45,441 bases of DNA from Promethearchaeota archaeon (GTDB lineage: Archaea; Asgardarchaeota; Lokiarchaeia; Sigyniarchaeales; SOKP01). Every line of letters begins with the position of its first letter. Position 1 is the first letter of the stretch. Of the stretch, positions 29,580-40,123 are shown piece after piece. Under the pieces are notes generated by a model, which was not told the origin of the DNA, searched no databases, and saw nothing but the letters and a program-made list of their open reading frames with translations. Position numbers and translations under genes: made by a program. The stretch covers positions 1 through 45,441 of the forward strand of contig JAGXNO010000031.1 of assembly GCA_019894975.1 (NCBI GenBank), in the 5' to 3' direction.

Positions 29580-30473
29580 TCATAATCCTTGTAAGAGCTT
29601 GCTAAAATCTGGTTCTTTAAAGAAATCGTTATATACCTTTAGTAACTCGATATTTACAAGAAAGATTTTTTTATCAGATTTATTTTTTGTAGATTTTACC
29701 AGGTTTAATTCCTTCAATTTATTAATATGGTATAAAATTGTTCCCGAATAAATATCTAGGTGTTCTCCTATCTTCCTAACCGATACGGATTCATCTTTAA
29801 ATATTTCCTCCAATATCTGAGGGATCATTTGATTTAAAAAAATTATCTTAAGGTTGTCATAGTCATTAGGTACTTCAGATAAGAAATAGTGAAGAGATTT
29901 TCCAATTTTTTTAGATCTTATAAGATTAAATCTTTCAAGTGTCATTACGTGTTTAAGAAAAGGAGTTCTGGTTATATTTAATTCTTTCTGGACTTTATCA
30001 TCTCTGGCATGGATTCCCGGATTATTTTTAATGAAATCTAATATTTTTTCGAGTTTTTCATTAGTAAGTATCTCTAATTTCGTACGTCTTTCGCTGGTAA
30101 CAATCCAGTTCTTCTCTTCTAAAGATCTAATCGCAAGAAAAATCTCCTCCTTGCTATATCCTTTCTTATAAGATAATTTGGCTATGCATTTTGCGTACAA
30201 TTTCTCAATAATAGGAAATTTTTGTATTTGACTAATAGATTCAATCTCAAATTCAGCTTCATAACGCTTCAATTTAAGAATACTTTTTGCAATTTCTAAA
30301 ACATCCCTTTCAACTTCGGTTAATTCTTCAATTAAATCTTTTTCTTTAGTTTTTTTTTCTTTTACTTCCTCTTCCAATTGTATAGGGCTAAAATCTAAAC
30401 GCCTAAATGAACTGTCATCTAAACTGTCTTTTTCTTTTGTTTTTTTAACTTCTCTTCTTTTTTCAAGTGACAT
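29580..30473 (-). CDS. Multi-winged-helix transcriptional regulator
   Basis: ILDFIKNNPGIH...HVMTLERFNLI and SVRKIGEHL...TILYHINKLKELNLV. Confidence 0.75.
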   Translation of the reverse strand: MSLEKRREVKKTKEKDSLDDSSFRRLDFSPIQLEEEVKEKKTKEKDLIEELTEVERDVLEIAKSILKLKRYEAEFEIESISQIQKFPIIEKLYAKCIAKLSYKKGYSKEEIFLAIRSLEEKNWIVTSERRTKLEILTNEKLEKILDFIKNNPGIHARDDKVQKELNITRTPFLKHVMTLERFNLIRSKKIGKSLHYFLSEVPNDYDNLKIIFLNQMIPQILEEIFKDESVSVRKIGEHLDIYSGTILYHINKLKELNLVKSTKNKSDKKIFLVNIELLKVYNDFFKEPDFSKLLQGL

Positions 30474-30475
30474 TT

Positions 30476-32053
30476 TTAGGCGTTTTCCTCTAGAAATTGA
30501 ATAAACTTAATCTGTTCTTGAGCATCCATATATTTTAAGTGCTCAATAAGCTTGTCAATATGTTTTGGCTTAACATTTGGTAATTTTCGAATTCTCTCGA
30601 TTAACTTTTTAGGAATATCTTTATATAAATCCGCTAAAGCTTCCACATACTTAACCTGTTCTTCCTTCGTTAAAAAGGCTAGTTCTTCTAATAATTCTCT
30701 TTTTTCTTCTTTGGAAATATCTAAATTACTAATCTCCTGTATTAAATCTTTAGATAGTAGAGTAAAAATTTTTGAAAAATATTCCTTCACTAATTTTTTA
30801 TCCTTTTCACTTTTCACAGGGAGAAGAGATTCATGGAGTCTTAAATCAAGCTCATCCTCTTTTCTTTCTTTTTCTTCTTCAACTGATTTCTCTTCTAACT
30901 CGTCTAACCTAACCTGTTTTTCTTCTATTTTTACTCCCGGTTCAGTAATAATATCCTCTTCTTTAGGTAGGATTTTTATTGGAAGTGATTCCACATCGGA
31001 TTCGATCGGTTTTTCTTCTCTTTCTTCCAATCGGGGTTCCAATGGAGGTAAAGGTGTACGAATAGGCTGAGAAGAATATACGGGGCTTTTTCCTCTGGAG
31101 GGAATTTCGAATTTATCTGATGGTTTGCCAATAAATAGGAAAAATATCAGCGCTCCTAATAATATAATAAATATCCCTGTAGCATAGAAAGGTGCAGCTA
31201 TAACTCCAATAGTGATTAATTTGATTGAATCTCCTATATTAAACGAATTCTTTTCTTTGATCTCTGATTTTAGTTTACCATCAATGATTAAAGCTACTAT
31301 TGCGATGAGTAGAAAACATAAATAAAATACCATGATTAAAGGAATCTCAATCGAAAAAGGAAGAGTTATTTTATTAGGATAACCTGTTGGATCGTAAATT
31401 CTGTCTGAATAGGCTCGATATATACCCATAAGAATAATTACAAATCCTGCTTTAGTGGCAAGATAATTAAGTGAATTTTTTGCTAATAAACCAAAATGAT
31501 AAACTTTAAACTTTTTATTCTGCTCGTCAGTAATGACATATATAAAAATAACTACACCCTTGATAAGTATAATCACTCCTGTTCCATATAGGATGCTCGC
31601 TAAGATTCCCCAACAAAGAGAATCAAGAAAAACTTCGTTGTATTTTTGTTCCTTTACTTTTGGGGCGATATATGCCCGATCATATATTATCAAAAATAAA
31701 CCAATAAATCCCAGAAGACCTCGATTAAAAAGGATAGAACCCCAATTTTCAAAATTAAACGCAAGTTCAGCAATAAACCCAAAGGAGATTATGGTAAAAA
31801 TGAAAATTGGGAGAAATGATATTTTATTTAAGAATTGAATAAGCTTATCTAAATTTGTAGAATAACTCTTAGATAAGACATTAGAGGGGGAAATCTTTTT
31901 CATTACCGGTGTTTGAGCAGGTGTAAACTTCACACCCTCCAAAATAAATGGAGAGCCACACCGCTCACAATAAACTTGAATATTTTGTTCAATTAAATTA
32001 GAAAGCTCAACTGGAAATTCATACCGGCACTCTGTACAAACATAAATTGACAT
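30476..32053 (-). CDS. Zn-ribbon multi-pass membrane protein with charged cytoplasmic C-terminus
   Basis: CTEC..CERC N-terminus, hydrophobic core, Pro/Glu-rich linker, helical tail. Confidence 0.75.
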   Translation of the reverse strand: MSIYVCTECRYEFPVELSNLIEQNIQVYCERCGSPFILEGVKFTPAQTPVMKKISPSNVLSKSYSTNLDKLIQFLNKISFLPIFIFTIISFGFIAELAFNFENWGSILFNRGLLGFIGLFLIIYDRAYIAPKVKEQKYNEVFLDSLCWGILASILYGTGVIILIKGVVIFIYVITDEQNKKFKVYHFGLLAKNSLNYLATKAGFVIILMGIYRAYSDRIYDPTGYPNKITLPFSIEIPLIMVFYLCFLLIAIVALIIDGKLKSEIKEKNSFNIGDSIKLITIGVIAAPFYATGIFIILLGALIFFLFIGKPSDKFEIPSRGKSPVYSSQPIRTPLPPLEPRLEEREEKPIESDVESLPIKILPKEEDIITEPGVKIEEKQVRLDELEEKSVEEEKERKEDELDLRLHESLLPVKSEKDKKLVKEYFSKIFTLLSKDLIQEISNLDISKEEKRELLEELAFLTKEEQVKYVEALADLYKDIPKKLIERIRKLPNVKPKHIDKLIEHLKYMDAQEQIKFIQFLEENA

Positions 32054-32131
32054 ACTTTTTTATTACACCTTAATAATTATTTTTTTGAATAGTTCCTTTA
32101 ATTTTTTTTGGAATTGAAAAATTCTAAAATG

Positions 32132-32611
32132 CTAATGAGTCAAAGATATCTGGAATTTTTTTATATTGAATTCTTTTCCACAGTTAACACAAAAAACACT
32201 TCCATTTAATTGCATTTTCCTCATCATTTTTTCAGAAAATCTTTTTCCACATTCATTACAATAGATAATCTTATTTTGAATTCCGTTGAATTGATTTTCA
32301 CTATTAGCTTTGCTATTTTCTGTTTGCTTATTTACCTCTATTTCCCCTGAAACTAATTTATAAAAGCCTTCACACAGTCTAAATATCCCTAGACCAATTC
32401 CCTTAAGCAAAAGGTAAGTTCCTTTAAGGATATAATATATCAAATAAGCAATTCCTTTTATTACGAAATAAATAATAGTAATGATCAGTGCTAATAATGC
32501 AATTATACCAATAATGGTTAAAATTTGCCCATAAATTGGTTGGACTAAATACCATTGAATAAATTCCTCATACCATAAAATTACTGTATCAGCTATATTT
32601 TTCCAATCCAT
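32132..32611 (-). CDS. Small membrane protein with C-terminal Zn ribbon
   Basis: Hydrophobic N-half; CNEC..CVNC. Confidence 0.72.
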   Translation of the reverse strand: MDWKNIADTVILWYEEFIQWYLVQPIYGQILTIIGIIALLALIITIIYFVIKGIAYLIYYILKGTYLLLKGIGLGIFRLCEGFYKLVSGEIEVNKQTENSKANSENQFNGIQNKIIYCNECGKRFSEKMMRKMQLNGSVFCVNCGKEFNIKKFQISLTH

Positions 32612-32755
32612 TTTTTTACACTTATTATTTTAATTTAGTCTTAACAATTAGACATTTTTTTTTGATAATAAAAAAATTGGAGTCCAGTTTTTATAAGAAT
32701 TAGAGAAAAAAATTAAATCAAGGATACAAAATTATCAATAATTTAGACAATATTT

Positions 32756-33262
32756 TCAATCATTCAAAATTAGGTTCTCCCAATTCAGCAATTTAACTGT
32801 ATGACGGAGCATATGATCGTCATCCACAATATTATATTTTAAATTTGTAAAGAATTTTTCTGCTCTTTCTTTAGAGCCTTTATAACGAACAATATTATCT
32901 TTGCTTCCATGAAAAATGGTTACCGGAACATCTATTGGTTTATACATGCGTGGTTTAAGTTTACGAGATTCTAAAAATGGAGCTAATAAAATTAATTGCT
33001 TCACTTTGGAAGGATTTTGTAATGCATATAGAACACTCATAAGTCCCCCAAAACTCGATCCAATTATTATCCAATTATTTTTGGTACTTAAAATAGATTC
33101 CAATTCTCTCATTCTTACTTCCAATAAATCATACATTAATATATTTAGATCAAATTCCTTGAAAGTTGGAGTTTGGATATTAGGAAATATTTCTTTCAAT
33201 AATCTAGCTTTAAAACCGGTACCTGAGCTTTCAAGACCATGTACAAAAATAATATTTTGCAT
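32756..33262 (-). CDS. Alpha/beta hydrolase (YqiA-like esterase)
   Basis: HGLES, GSSFG nucleophile elbow, HGSKD, DDDH. Confidence 0.85.
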   Translation of the reverse strand: MQNIIFVHGLESSGTGFKARLLKEIFPNIQTPTFKEFDLNILMYDLLEVRMRELESILSTKNNWIIIGSSFGGLMSVLYALQNPSKVKQLILLAPFLESRKLKPRMYKPIDVPVTIFHGSKDNIVRYKGSKERAEKFFTNLKYNIVDDDHMLRHTVKLLNWENLILND

Positions 33263-33265
33263 TTC

Positions 33266-34327
33266 TCACTCATCTTCTTCTTCATCTAGATATGGATAAT
33301 CCTCCATTCTTAACAGTTTCATTTCTTTTTTATGTCCAAAGTAAATTAGAGCCCCAATTATAGAAAAATATATAATAAGAATCATGAATGTGAAGAAGTA
33401 ATACTTATAAGTGAATGACATGAAATGGAGGGCATTTCCAATGATAAAACCTGTGAAGATCCGTGATCCTGTAGTGCTTTTTCTTAACAGAAGCCTTTGG
33501 GTTCCCCAATCAACAATGCCGGGGATCGGTAGTATAATTATCAAAAGTAAAGCAAGTTCACCATTAAATTCTGTTTGAAAAACTAGTTCTAACATATGCG
33601 TGGCAAATACCGCAAATAAACCCCCCAGGATTACACCTGAACATCTTGAACAAAAATAGATTTTCGTTCTCCCAAATTTAAGGTAGAAAGTATGATCACT
33701 AGCTGAAGTAGGATGATGAGTTAGTATCATATAATAGAGGTCGTTTTCTTCAGTTGCTAGTATTTTATCATACAAAACTAATAGTAATGGCACGATAAAA
33801 ACTATTGAAATTAGTGCTTGGAGAAAGAATTTAAGCCCAAAATTAAGGACAACTATATCAAGAGGAAATTGATTAGGATGGAATAATGTCTGAAAAATAA
33901 TTATAATCCCTGTCATGATAACAGAACATATGATTACCATTAAAAATGTATAAAAGATTTTTATTCCCTCATGAAATTTTAAGGGTTTATATTTATAAAG
34001 ACCAACTAAGAATCCCAGTATAGCCACAATCAGGCACCACTCAAGATATATCTCATGATAAAATGCCACCTGATATAGGAGTTCGGCTAAAAATCCACTA
34101 ATTAAACCTTGTAAAGAACCGGCTAATACTGAAAGAAATGTAAATAATACTAATGTGATTCCAAATCTAAGAATAAATTCCTGAGATTCTAGAAAAACAG
34201 TTGAAATCGAACCAAATGCCTCTGCAAAATAGACATAAGATATGATGATAAAGAGACAAATTAATAAATTTAAAAATACTAAACGTGAATAGTTTTTTTT
34301 CTCTGTTTCTTGAGGAACTTCATTCAA
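33266..34327 (-). CDS. Membrane protein: ECF S-component-like N-half fused to DUF2085-like C-half
   Basis: LAGSLQGLISGFLAELL pattern; FCSRCSG, DWGTQ, RIFTG. Confidence 0.6.
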   Translation of the reverse strand: MNEVPQETEKKNYSRLVFLNLLICLFIIISYVYFAEAFGSISTVFLESQEFILRFGITLVLFTFLSVLAGSLQGLISGFLAELLYQVAFYHEIYLEWCLIVAILGFLVGLYKYKPLKFHEGIKIFYTFLMVIICSVIMTGIIIIFQTLFHPNQFPLDIVVLNFGLKFFLQALISIVFIVPLLLVLYDKILATEENDLYYMILTHHPTSASDHTFYLKFGRTKIYFCSRCSGVILGGLFAVFATHMLELVFQTEFNGELALLLIIILPIPGIVDWGTQRLLLRKSTTGSRIFTGFIIGNALHFMSFTYKYYFFTFMILIIYFSIIGALIYFGHKKEMKLLRMEDYPYLDEEEDE

Positions 34328-34376
34328 AGTAATAAATTACACTTTTTATATTCTTAATTATTAATTTAAATTCTTA

Positions 34377-35036
34377 TTAATTAAAAATTTCGTCAAGTTC
34401 ATCAATTAGCTGTGTTTTAGTTAACTCAAAACCTTTTCTGAGGATATTTAAAATGATTTTCTTTGCGAGTTTCGGTACATTCAAAATAGTATCATCTCTC
34501 TCTACGACTGTTATTCCTTCGTCGTTATAATCCAATTGACGTATCAAAGCTTGATATGCTTTTTCTTTTGTTTTAAATGCTGCCCTTGATAAATCTGCGT
34601 AGTCTTTAATATCTTCTTGAACACTCAAAAATAATACGCTCTCTTCCACCTGTGTTACAAAACATTTTTTTGTAACTTCCTTTAGAGTTTTATAATTACG
34701 GTGATTCTTTTTACATTGACGATCGGTCTGATCATTTTCTAAATATTTTGGAAAATTTCTACTAATAACCGTATTTAAATGTTCTTCTATTTTCCCATTT
34801 GTAACTAATTCCTTAGCTGAATTTAGAGCTAATTTTATTTGTTCTAGTGTGCCTACGCGAGCATCCTTATCAGACCAGTATTTATAAAAAGATTTTACAA
34901 TAGGTCGAACCAATACGTTGAAAACTCCTGCATCCAATTCTGAATCTATTAAAGATTTCCCATAATTAAGCGAAATATTCATTTGCTCAATCATTCTTTT
35001 TTCTAAGATTTTAAAATTTCTCTCTACGTTATCCAT
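34377..35036 (-). CDS. Hypothetical protein, tandem paralog 2
   Basis: 219 aa; colinear similarity to 35103-35765. Confidence 0.8.
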   Translation of the reverse strand: MDNVERNFKILEKRMIEQMNISLNYGKSLIDSELDAGVFNVLVRPIVKSFYKYWSDKDARVGTLEQIKLALNSAKELVTNGKIEEHLNTVISRNFPKYLENDQTDRQCKKNHRNYKTLKEVTKKCFVTQVEESVLFLSVQEDIKDYADLSRAAFKTKEKAYQALIRQLDYNDEGITVVERDDTILNVPKLAKKIILNILRKGFELTKTQLIDELDEIFN

Positions 35037-35102
35037 AGCATTATATATCCAAAAATTAATTCACGATCATTTAACTGAATTTTTTATTCGTTTAATTTTT
35101 TA

Positions 35103-35765
35103 CTATTTCGGATTGTAAGTTTCATTCAACGACTTAAAAAACTCCTTCTTTGTCTGTAAAAATCCTTTCCTTAGAATTTTTATTATTATTCTTCTTCCTA
35201 CTGGAATTTTTAATATCGAGGGATCTTCTTCAACTATTTTAATCCCTCTATCTGTAAAACTTAGTTGGTTCATCAAATTTTCTTCAGCATCTTTTTTTGT
35301 TTTAAAAGCAACTCGGCATAAATCTCCATAATCTTCTACATCATCTTCTACTTCTAAAAGCTTTACTACTTCTTTTAGGTAATTTATAAAAGTTTCTCTT
35401 GCTACTTCTATTATCCTTACATAATTTTTATGATGTTTATTACATTGTAGTGATGTTTGATCTGCTTGAATGTATTTTGGTAAGCTTTCTTTAACAATTT
35501 GATTAAAATTATCTATAGAAATTCCAGTTTTTAATAATTTTATACCCGCATCCAATGTAAGGTATATTTGCTTCAGTGTATTATCTCTTATATCATTTTT
35601 AGCCCAATTTTCATAAAAGAGTTTAACAAGAGGACGAACGATAAAATTCAACAAGCCTGTGTCTAATTCTGTATCAATAAGATTTTTCCCTTTTTTAATT
35701 GACAGTTCCATCTGCTGAATCATTCTATCTTTTATAAGATGATAATTTCTTTCTAAATAATCCAA
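35103..35765 (-). CDS. Hypothetical protein, tandem paralog 1
   Basis: 220 aa, TTG start; colinear similarity to 34377-35036. Confidence 0.8.
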   Translation of the reverse strand: MDYLERNYHLIKDRMIQQMELSIKKGKNLIDTELDTGLLNFIVRPLVKLFYENWAKNDIRDNTLKQIYLTLDAGIKLLKTGISIDNFNQIVKESLPKYIQADQTSLQCNKHHKNYVRIIEVARETFINYLKEVVKLLEVEDDVEDYGDLCRVAFKTKKDAEENLMNQLSFTDRGIKIVEEDPSILKIPVGRRIIIKILRKGFLQTKKEFFKSLNETYNPK

Positions 35766-35969
35766 AGTTTTATCCCCGATTGGTCAAAAACACAGTTATA
35801 AATTCTAAAACTCAAATGATTACTATTAAAAGATCTCTATTCTTTTAAAATCATTTCATAAGTTTTATACTATTATATTTATGTGATCTATTCATTAGTA
35901 ATTTTTAATAAATCACAAAATAAAAAAGGGAGAAAATAAATAAAAAAATAAAAAAAAAAAACTGAAAAT

Positions 35970-38900
35970 ATGCATTATATTTTTAAAGTTTTAATTTTAG
36001 GAGATTCAGAAGTAATTCATTTTTATACTTCGAGGGCATTTGGAGAACCAGGAGAAGATAAAGATACTTATTTTGAATGGTATAAGGAAATAAAAATCCT
36101 TGAAGATATTTGTGATTTAGAAATCGACGCTATTACGGACATATCCGCTGATTTAGACGAGTTAATTCCCTTTGCAGATGGAATTATCTACTTCCTAAAT
36201 CCTTTGATTGAAGGAGAAAAAGAACTTCTTAGTATGATATTACCCGATATTTTTTCAGTTAAACGTGATATTCCTACAGTAATCAATTTCTATGATCAAA
36301 ATGGCGTACTCCCTTTGGCTGTGAATGAATTATTAACAGATGTGTGGGTGAATTACCCTAACCTTGAAGCCTTTGCGAACTTAAATCCTAAAGATTTTCA
36401 TCAAGCACTTCAATCACTTTGTTTGGCAATGATAAACGGGGAGAGTCCTTTAAACCTCGAAAATGCATGGATGAGATTTCCAATATTTATTCAAATGGCA
36501 AATATCTATTTTGAAACTCAGCATTATTATTATGCCGCTCAAGCTGTAAAAAAAGCATCTATGATCGCAGAAATTTATAACCGGGATGATTATTTCATTA
36601 TTTGTGAACAAGCAGCATATCTCTATTCTAAAATTAACTTATATTTGGAAGCAAGTAAACTTTTAGAAAATATTGATCCTAAAAAATCAAGTAATTTTAA
36701 AACGCTTTATGTAGAAGCAATGATAAGAGAAGGTAATGTGCATTTTAACAAGCAAGAGTATGAGACCGCCGCTAAACAATATGAAAGAGCAGGACAATGG
36801 GCTAGTATAGAGATATTAGAAAAAGAAATAATAGATGAGGCATTTAGATTAGCAATTACTTCTTGGATATCTGCTTGCAAAGTCGAGAATGCATTCAGAA
36901 TTCTTGAAAGTTTGTCACATCAAGAAGCTCTGATAATTTTTAAAGAAGTTTCTGGAAAAATCGGGAAAGCTGCTGAATATCTGGTAGAAACTGATAGATT
37001 TGATCTAGCAAAAGATCAACTTTATAATGCTATAAAGAAATATCAAAGGGAGGCACTCTCAGAAGAATTAGAGGAATTAACTAACAAGTTAACAAATATA
37101 TTAATTACTATTTTTAAAAATCAGGTCGAATCTAAGGAAATTCATGCTGCACGCTATACTTATGATGAAATTGAAAATATGTGGGAATCATATAATGTTA
37201 AAAGAACCGATTTAGATTCAACTTTAAAAATATTAATTAAGCTCTTTATAGAAAAATATAATTTTAGAATTGCATCAACACTCATCAATAAATTAAACTC
37301 CTTAATGCTGAAGCAAGAATTAACGAAATTTAGTGCTGAAATGGAGGAAAAATATAAAGCTTCATTAAAGAAGGAAATACAGGACACAATTAAAAAAGGA
37401 ATTGATATTTTGGTTGAATTTGTTGAAGCTGAGCTTGAAATTCTTGCTGATATGAATAAAGGAAAAATTCAAGTTGCTGAAGATTTAATAGAAAAAGGAA
37501 ATTATCAAAAAGCTTCTAAAATCTTGAGTAATCAAGCAGATTATCTCAAAAAGGTAGGTAGGGAAGACGTCAGCGATCAGATTCGTACAAAATCGTTGGA
37601 TATCTTATTAGAAGGAAAAATGTTTGAAGATTTTTTCATTACCTCTAATAACCTATCAATAGAGATGCGAAAGAAATATTTTGTTAGAATCTTTCCAATT
37701 CTTCTTGATAAATTGAAGGAAATTGAAAAATTAGAGAACTTCAATCGGGAAGCAAATATTATGGAAGATTTAAATAGAATATATCGAAACCACTCGCTCT
37801 ATGAAGAATCCAAACAAATTAGTTTACTCTATATTAAAATAATTAAACATCAAGCTCTAGATTTGCTTCAAACTGAAGGAAATTTATCAGGAATTAGAAA
37901 GGCAAATGAGTTTTTAAAAAAAGTCGATAATGTCTCCTCTGCCTATTTAGAAAAGGAAGAAAGCTTAAAAATCAATTACGATAAAATTTATAAGAAAATC
38001 GCAGAGATATATATTGAATTAAAAGATTTACATAATGCCCAGGTATATAATGATAGAATTAATAATAAGGAATACAAGAATGAACTTCATAAAATAATCG
38101 ATAATATTGAAATAGAAAAAAGTGCTGTACGTTCAGAAATTGCAAAAGAAACTCAAGAAGGTATTGATTTAGAAGAAGATCGTTCAATAATTAAAGATAA
38201 AGCTCGGGAATTTAGTCGCGTCGATAAAGAGAGCGAATTTAGGGGAAGAAGGGCTAGAAAAACAAGATATTTCACAGAAGCTTTACAATATTTAAATGAA
38301 AAAGAATACAATAAAGCAATTGACATTTACAAGAAGAGTATTATTGGTTTTAATAGAATAAAAAAATATAATTTAGCTGGTGTGTCACTAGCAATTGTTA
38401 ATTTAATATTATTTAAAGAAAAGAGAGTGGATGAAGTTAAAGAGTTATTGGGGGAGACAATAAATAGCTTATCTGGATGGGGGGAAATTTTTTCCAAAAC
38501 GTTTCCTGTCACCTTAACTAAATATATGTTTCAATGTAAGAAATTTCAGGATGAGCGTAAATTTAACGAAGCTTTATCATTTATGGAGCATCTTCCCTTA
38601 TTTCGAGAAGAACTAAATTTCCTCAATGATTTTCGCGGGGAAGACTCTAAAGAACAAGAAGCACTTGATACAACAATTAGCGAAATAGAAGAAATTAAGA
38701 AAGTAATATCACAAAGGCAAGCAATAGAAATTGACCAAAAATATGGTAAAATTAAATCAAAATCTGGAGATATTCAACGAGAAAGGGATGGATCTCTAAA
38801 CAAACGGAAAGCTACGAAAAGAATTTTTTATAAAGAGATTTTTACTTTATTAGGAACAAAGAATTACAAAGAAGCAGCTGTCAAATACATTGAATTAGCT

Positions 38901-39203
38901 GAAACAATAGTTTCCAAAAGAAAAGATCTTAAAATTGGTTCACTCCTTATCCTTTTACACGGACTATGCTTATTAAAAGTGAAGGAACCCTGTTCCCTCA
39001 TCAGAGTAAGTATTAATCAGTTTTTAAATAGACGGGGTGTCAACAAAAAATTAATAGAAGATACCTATGAGATTATGTTAATCCATTTTATTTGTGATGT
39101 CAAAGAATATAACTTAGATAATTATTTACCAAAAATAAAAGGATTATTAGAACTCTTACCTTTATTTGAAGAAGAGATGGAATTAATAGAGATTGAAGTT
39201 TAA
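35970..39203 (+). CDS. Large alpha-solenoid (TPR/SNAP-like) protein with N-terminal degenerate small-GTPase-like domain
   Basis: 1077 aa; YIFKVLILGD...ADGIIYFLN...IPTVIN; helical repeats such as YETAAKQYERAG. Confidence 0.65.
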   Translation: MHYIFKVLILGDSEVIHFYTSRAFGEPGEDKDTYFEWYKEIKILEDICDLEIDAITDISADLDELIPFADGIIYFLNPLIEGEKELLSMILPDIFSVKRDIPTVINFYDQNGVLPLAVNELLTDVWVNYPNLEAFANLNPKDFHQALQSLCLAMINGESPLNLENAWMRFPIFIQMANIYFETQHYYYAAQAVKKASMIAEIYNRDDYFIICEQAAYLYSKINLYLEASKLLENIDPKKSSNFKTLYVEAMIREGNVHFNKQEYETAAKQYERAGQWASIEILEKEIIDEAFRLAITSWISACKVENAFRILESLSHQEALIIFKEVSGKIGKAAEYLVETDRFDLAKDQLYNAIKKYQREALSEELEELTNKLTNILITIFKNQVESKEIHAARYTYDEIENMWESYNVKRTDLDSTLKILIKLFIEKYNFRIASTLINKLNSLMLKQELTKFSAEMEEKYKASLKKEIQDTIKKGIDILVEFVEAELEILADMNKGKIQVAEDLIEKGNYQKASKILSNQADYLKKVGREDVSDQIRTKSLDILLEGKMFEDFFITSNNLSIEMRKKYFVRIFPILLDKLKEIEKLENFNREANIMEDLNRIYRNHSLYEESKQISLLYIKIIKHQALDLLQTEGNLSGIRKANEFLKKVDNVSSAYLEKEESLKINYDKIYKKIAEIYIELKDLHNAQVYNDRINNKEYKNELHKIIDNIEIEKSAVRSEIAKETQEGIDLEEDRSIIKDKAREFSRVDKESEFRGRRARKTRYFTEALQYLNEKEYNKAIDIYKKSIIGFNRIKKYNLAGVSLAIVNLILFKEKRVDEVKELLGETINSLSGWGEIFSKTFPVTLTKYMFQCKKFQDERKFNEALSFMEHLPLFREELNFLNDFRGEDSKEQEALDTTISEIEEIKKVISQRQAIEIDQKYGKIKSKSGDIQRERDGSLNKRKATKRIFYKEIFTLLGTKNYKEAAVKYIELAETIVSKRKDLKIGSLLILLHGLCLLKVKEPCSLIRVSINQFLNRRGVNKKLIEDTYEIMLIHFICDVKEYNLDNYLPKIKGLLELLPLFEEEMELIEIEV

Positions 39204-40123
39204 TCTACGATGTTTGCATACTTTTGTAAGTCTTTTACCCGCATACGAAGTGTAACCTCAGTAACTTTCGCAAGAGAACTAATTTCCTTCTGTGTTCGAT
39301 TCTCATTGCATATTTTTGAAGCTATATAGATGGATGCTGCCGCAATACCTTTCGGGTCTTTTCCTGCAGAATTGAACCCACTTTCTTTTGCTTTTTCAAT
39401 TAATTTTACAGCTATATTTCTACATTGCATCGATAGTTTAAGTTCTTCATTAAATTTATCTACATATCTATCAGCGGAAAAATGCTGTACTTTCATTCCA
39501 AGTTTTGGAAGGATTTCCATGAGAATTAAACGATAACTTTTAATAACCTTTTTTTTAGGAATTTGTGCAATTTTAGTTATTTCTTCAGCAGTTCTGGGAA
39601 TCCCATGAACCCTTAAAGCGGCAAAAATAGATGCTGATAATAAAGTATCAATGCTTCTTCCCATAGTTAATTTTTTTTTAACCGTTTGAGTATAGATTCT
39701 AAGTGCATCTTCAGCAACGGCATCTGGTATCCCTAATCTTTTTTGCAAACGCTGTAAGTTAGGTAAAGCGATCCACAAGTTTCTTTCATAACTAGTTGTC
39801 AGAGATCTATGAATTTTAGCTAACCTGTTAAATTTAGATTTATACTTCGGACTTAATAAAGTACCTCTGGCGTCTCTTGATCCTCGTATAATAGTTCTTG
39901 GACCGATAGGACTATATACTCTTTCACTACTCTTTCTTTTCTGAATTTCTTCTTGAGTAAAAGCTCTACGAGGACTATCATCAAGTATTCTGGAATACAC
40001 AAATCCACAGTTTAAACAAACATAAAAGCCATCTTCTTCACTGATTTTAGAACTGTCACAACAGGGTGGACCTTCCTCCCCATTTTCTTCAAAAAATCCA
40101 TTATCTTCAAAATTAGACGGCAT
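39200..40123 (-). CDS. tfb: Transcription initiation factor IIB (TFB)
   Basis: Zn ribbon CC...CLNCG, ERNL, GRS, two cyclin repeats, GKDPKGIAAA, TQKEI, VTEVTLR. Confidence 0.93.
   Translation of the reverse strand: MPSNFEDNGFFEENGEEGPPCCDSSKISEEDGFYVCLNCGFVYSRILDDSPRRAFTQEEIQKRKSSERVYSPIGPRTIIRGSRDARGTLLSPKYKSKFNRLAKIHRSLTTSYERNLWIALPNLQRLQKRLGIPDAVAEDALRIYTQTVKKKLTMGRSIDTLLSASIFAALRVHGIPRTAEEITKIAQIPKKKVIKSYRLILMEILPKLGMKVQHFSADRYVDKFNEELKLSMQCRNIAVKLIEKAKESGFNSAGKDPKGIAAASIYIASKICNENRTQKEISSLAKVTEVTLRMRVKDLQKYANIVD

Noticed and set aside
35920-35962. Long A-tracts before the 1077-aa gene as a phase-variation site
   Set aside because: Non-coding; homopolymer tracts are common throughout these intergenic regions
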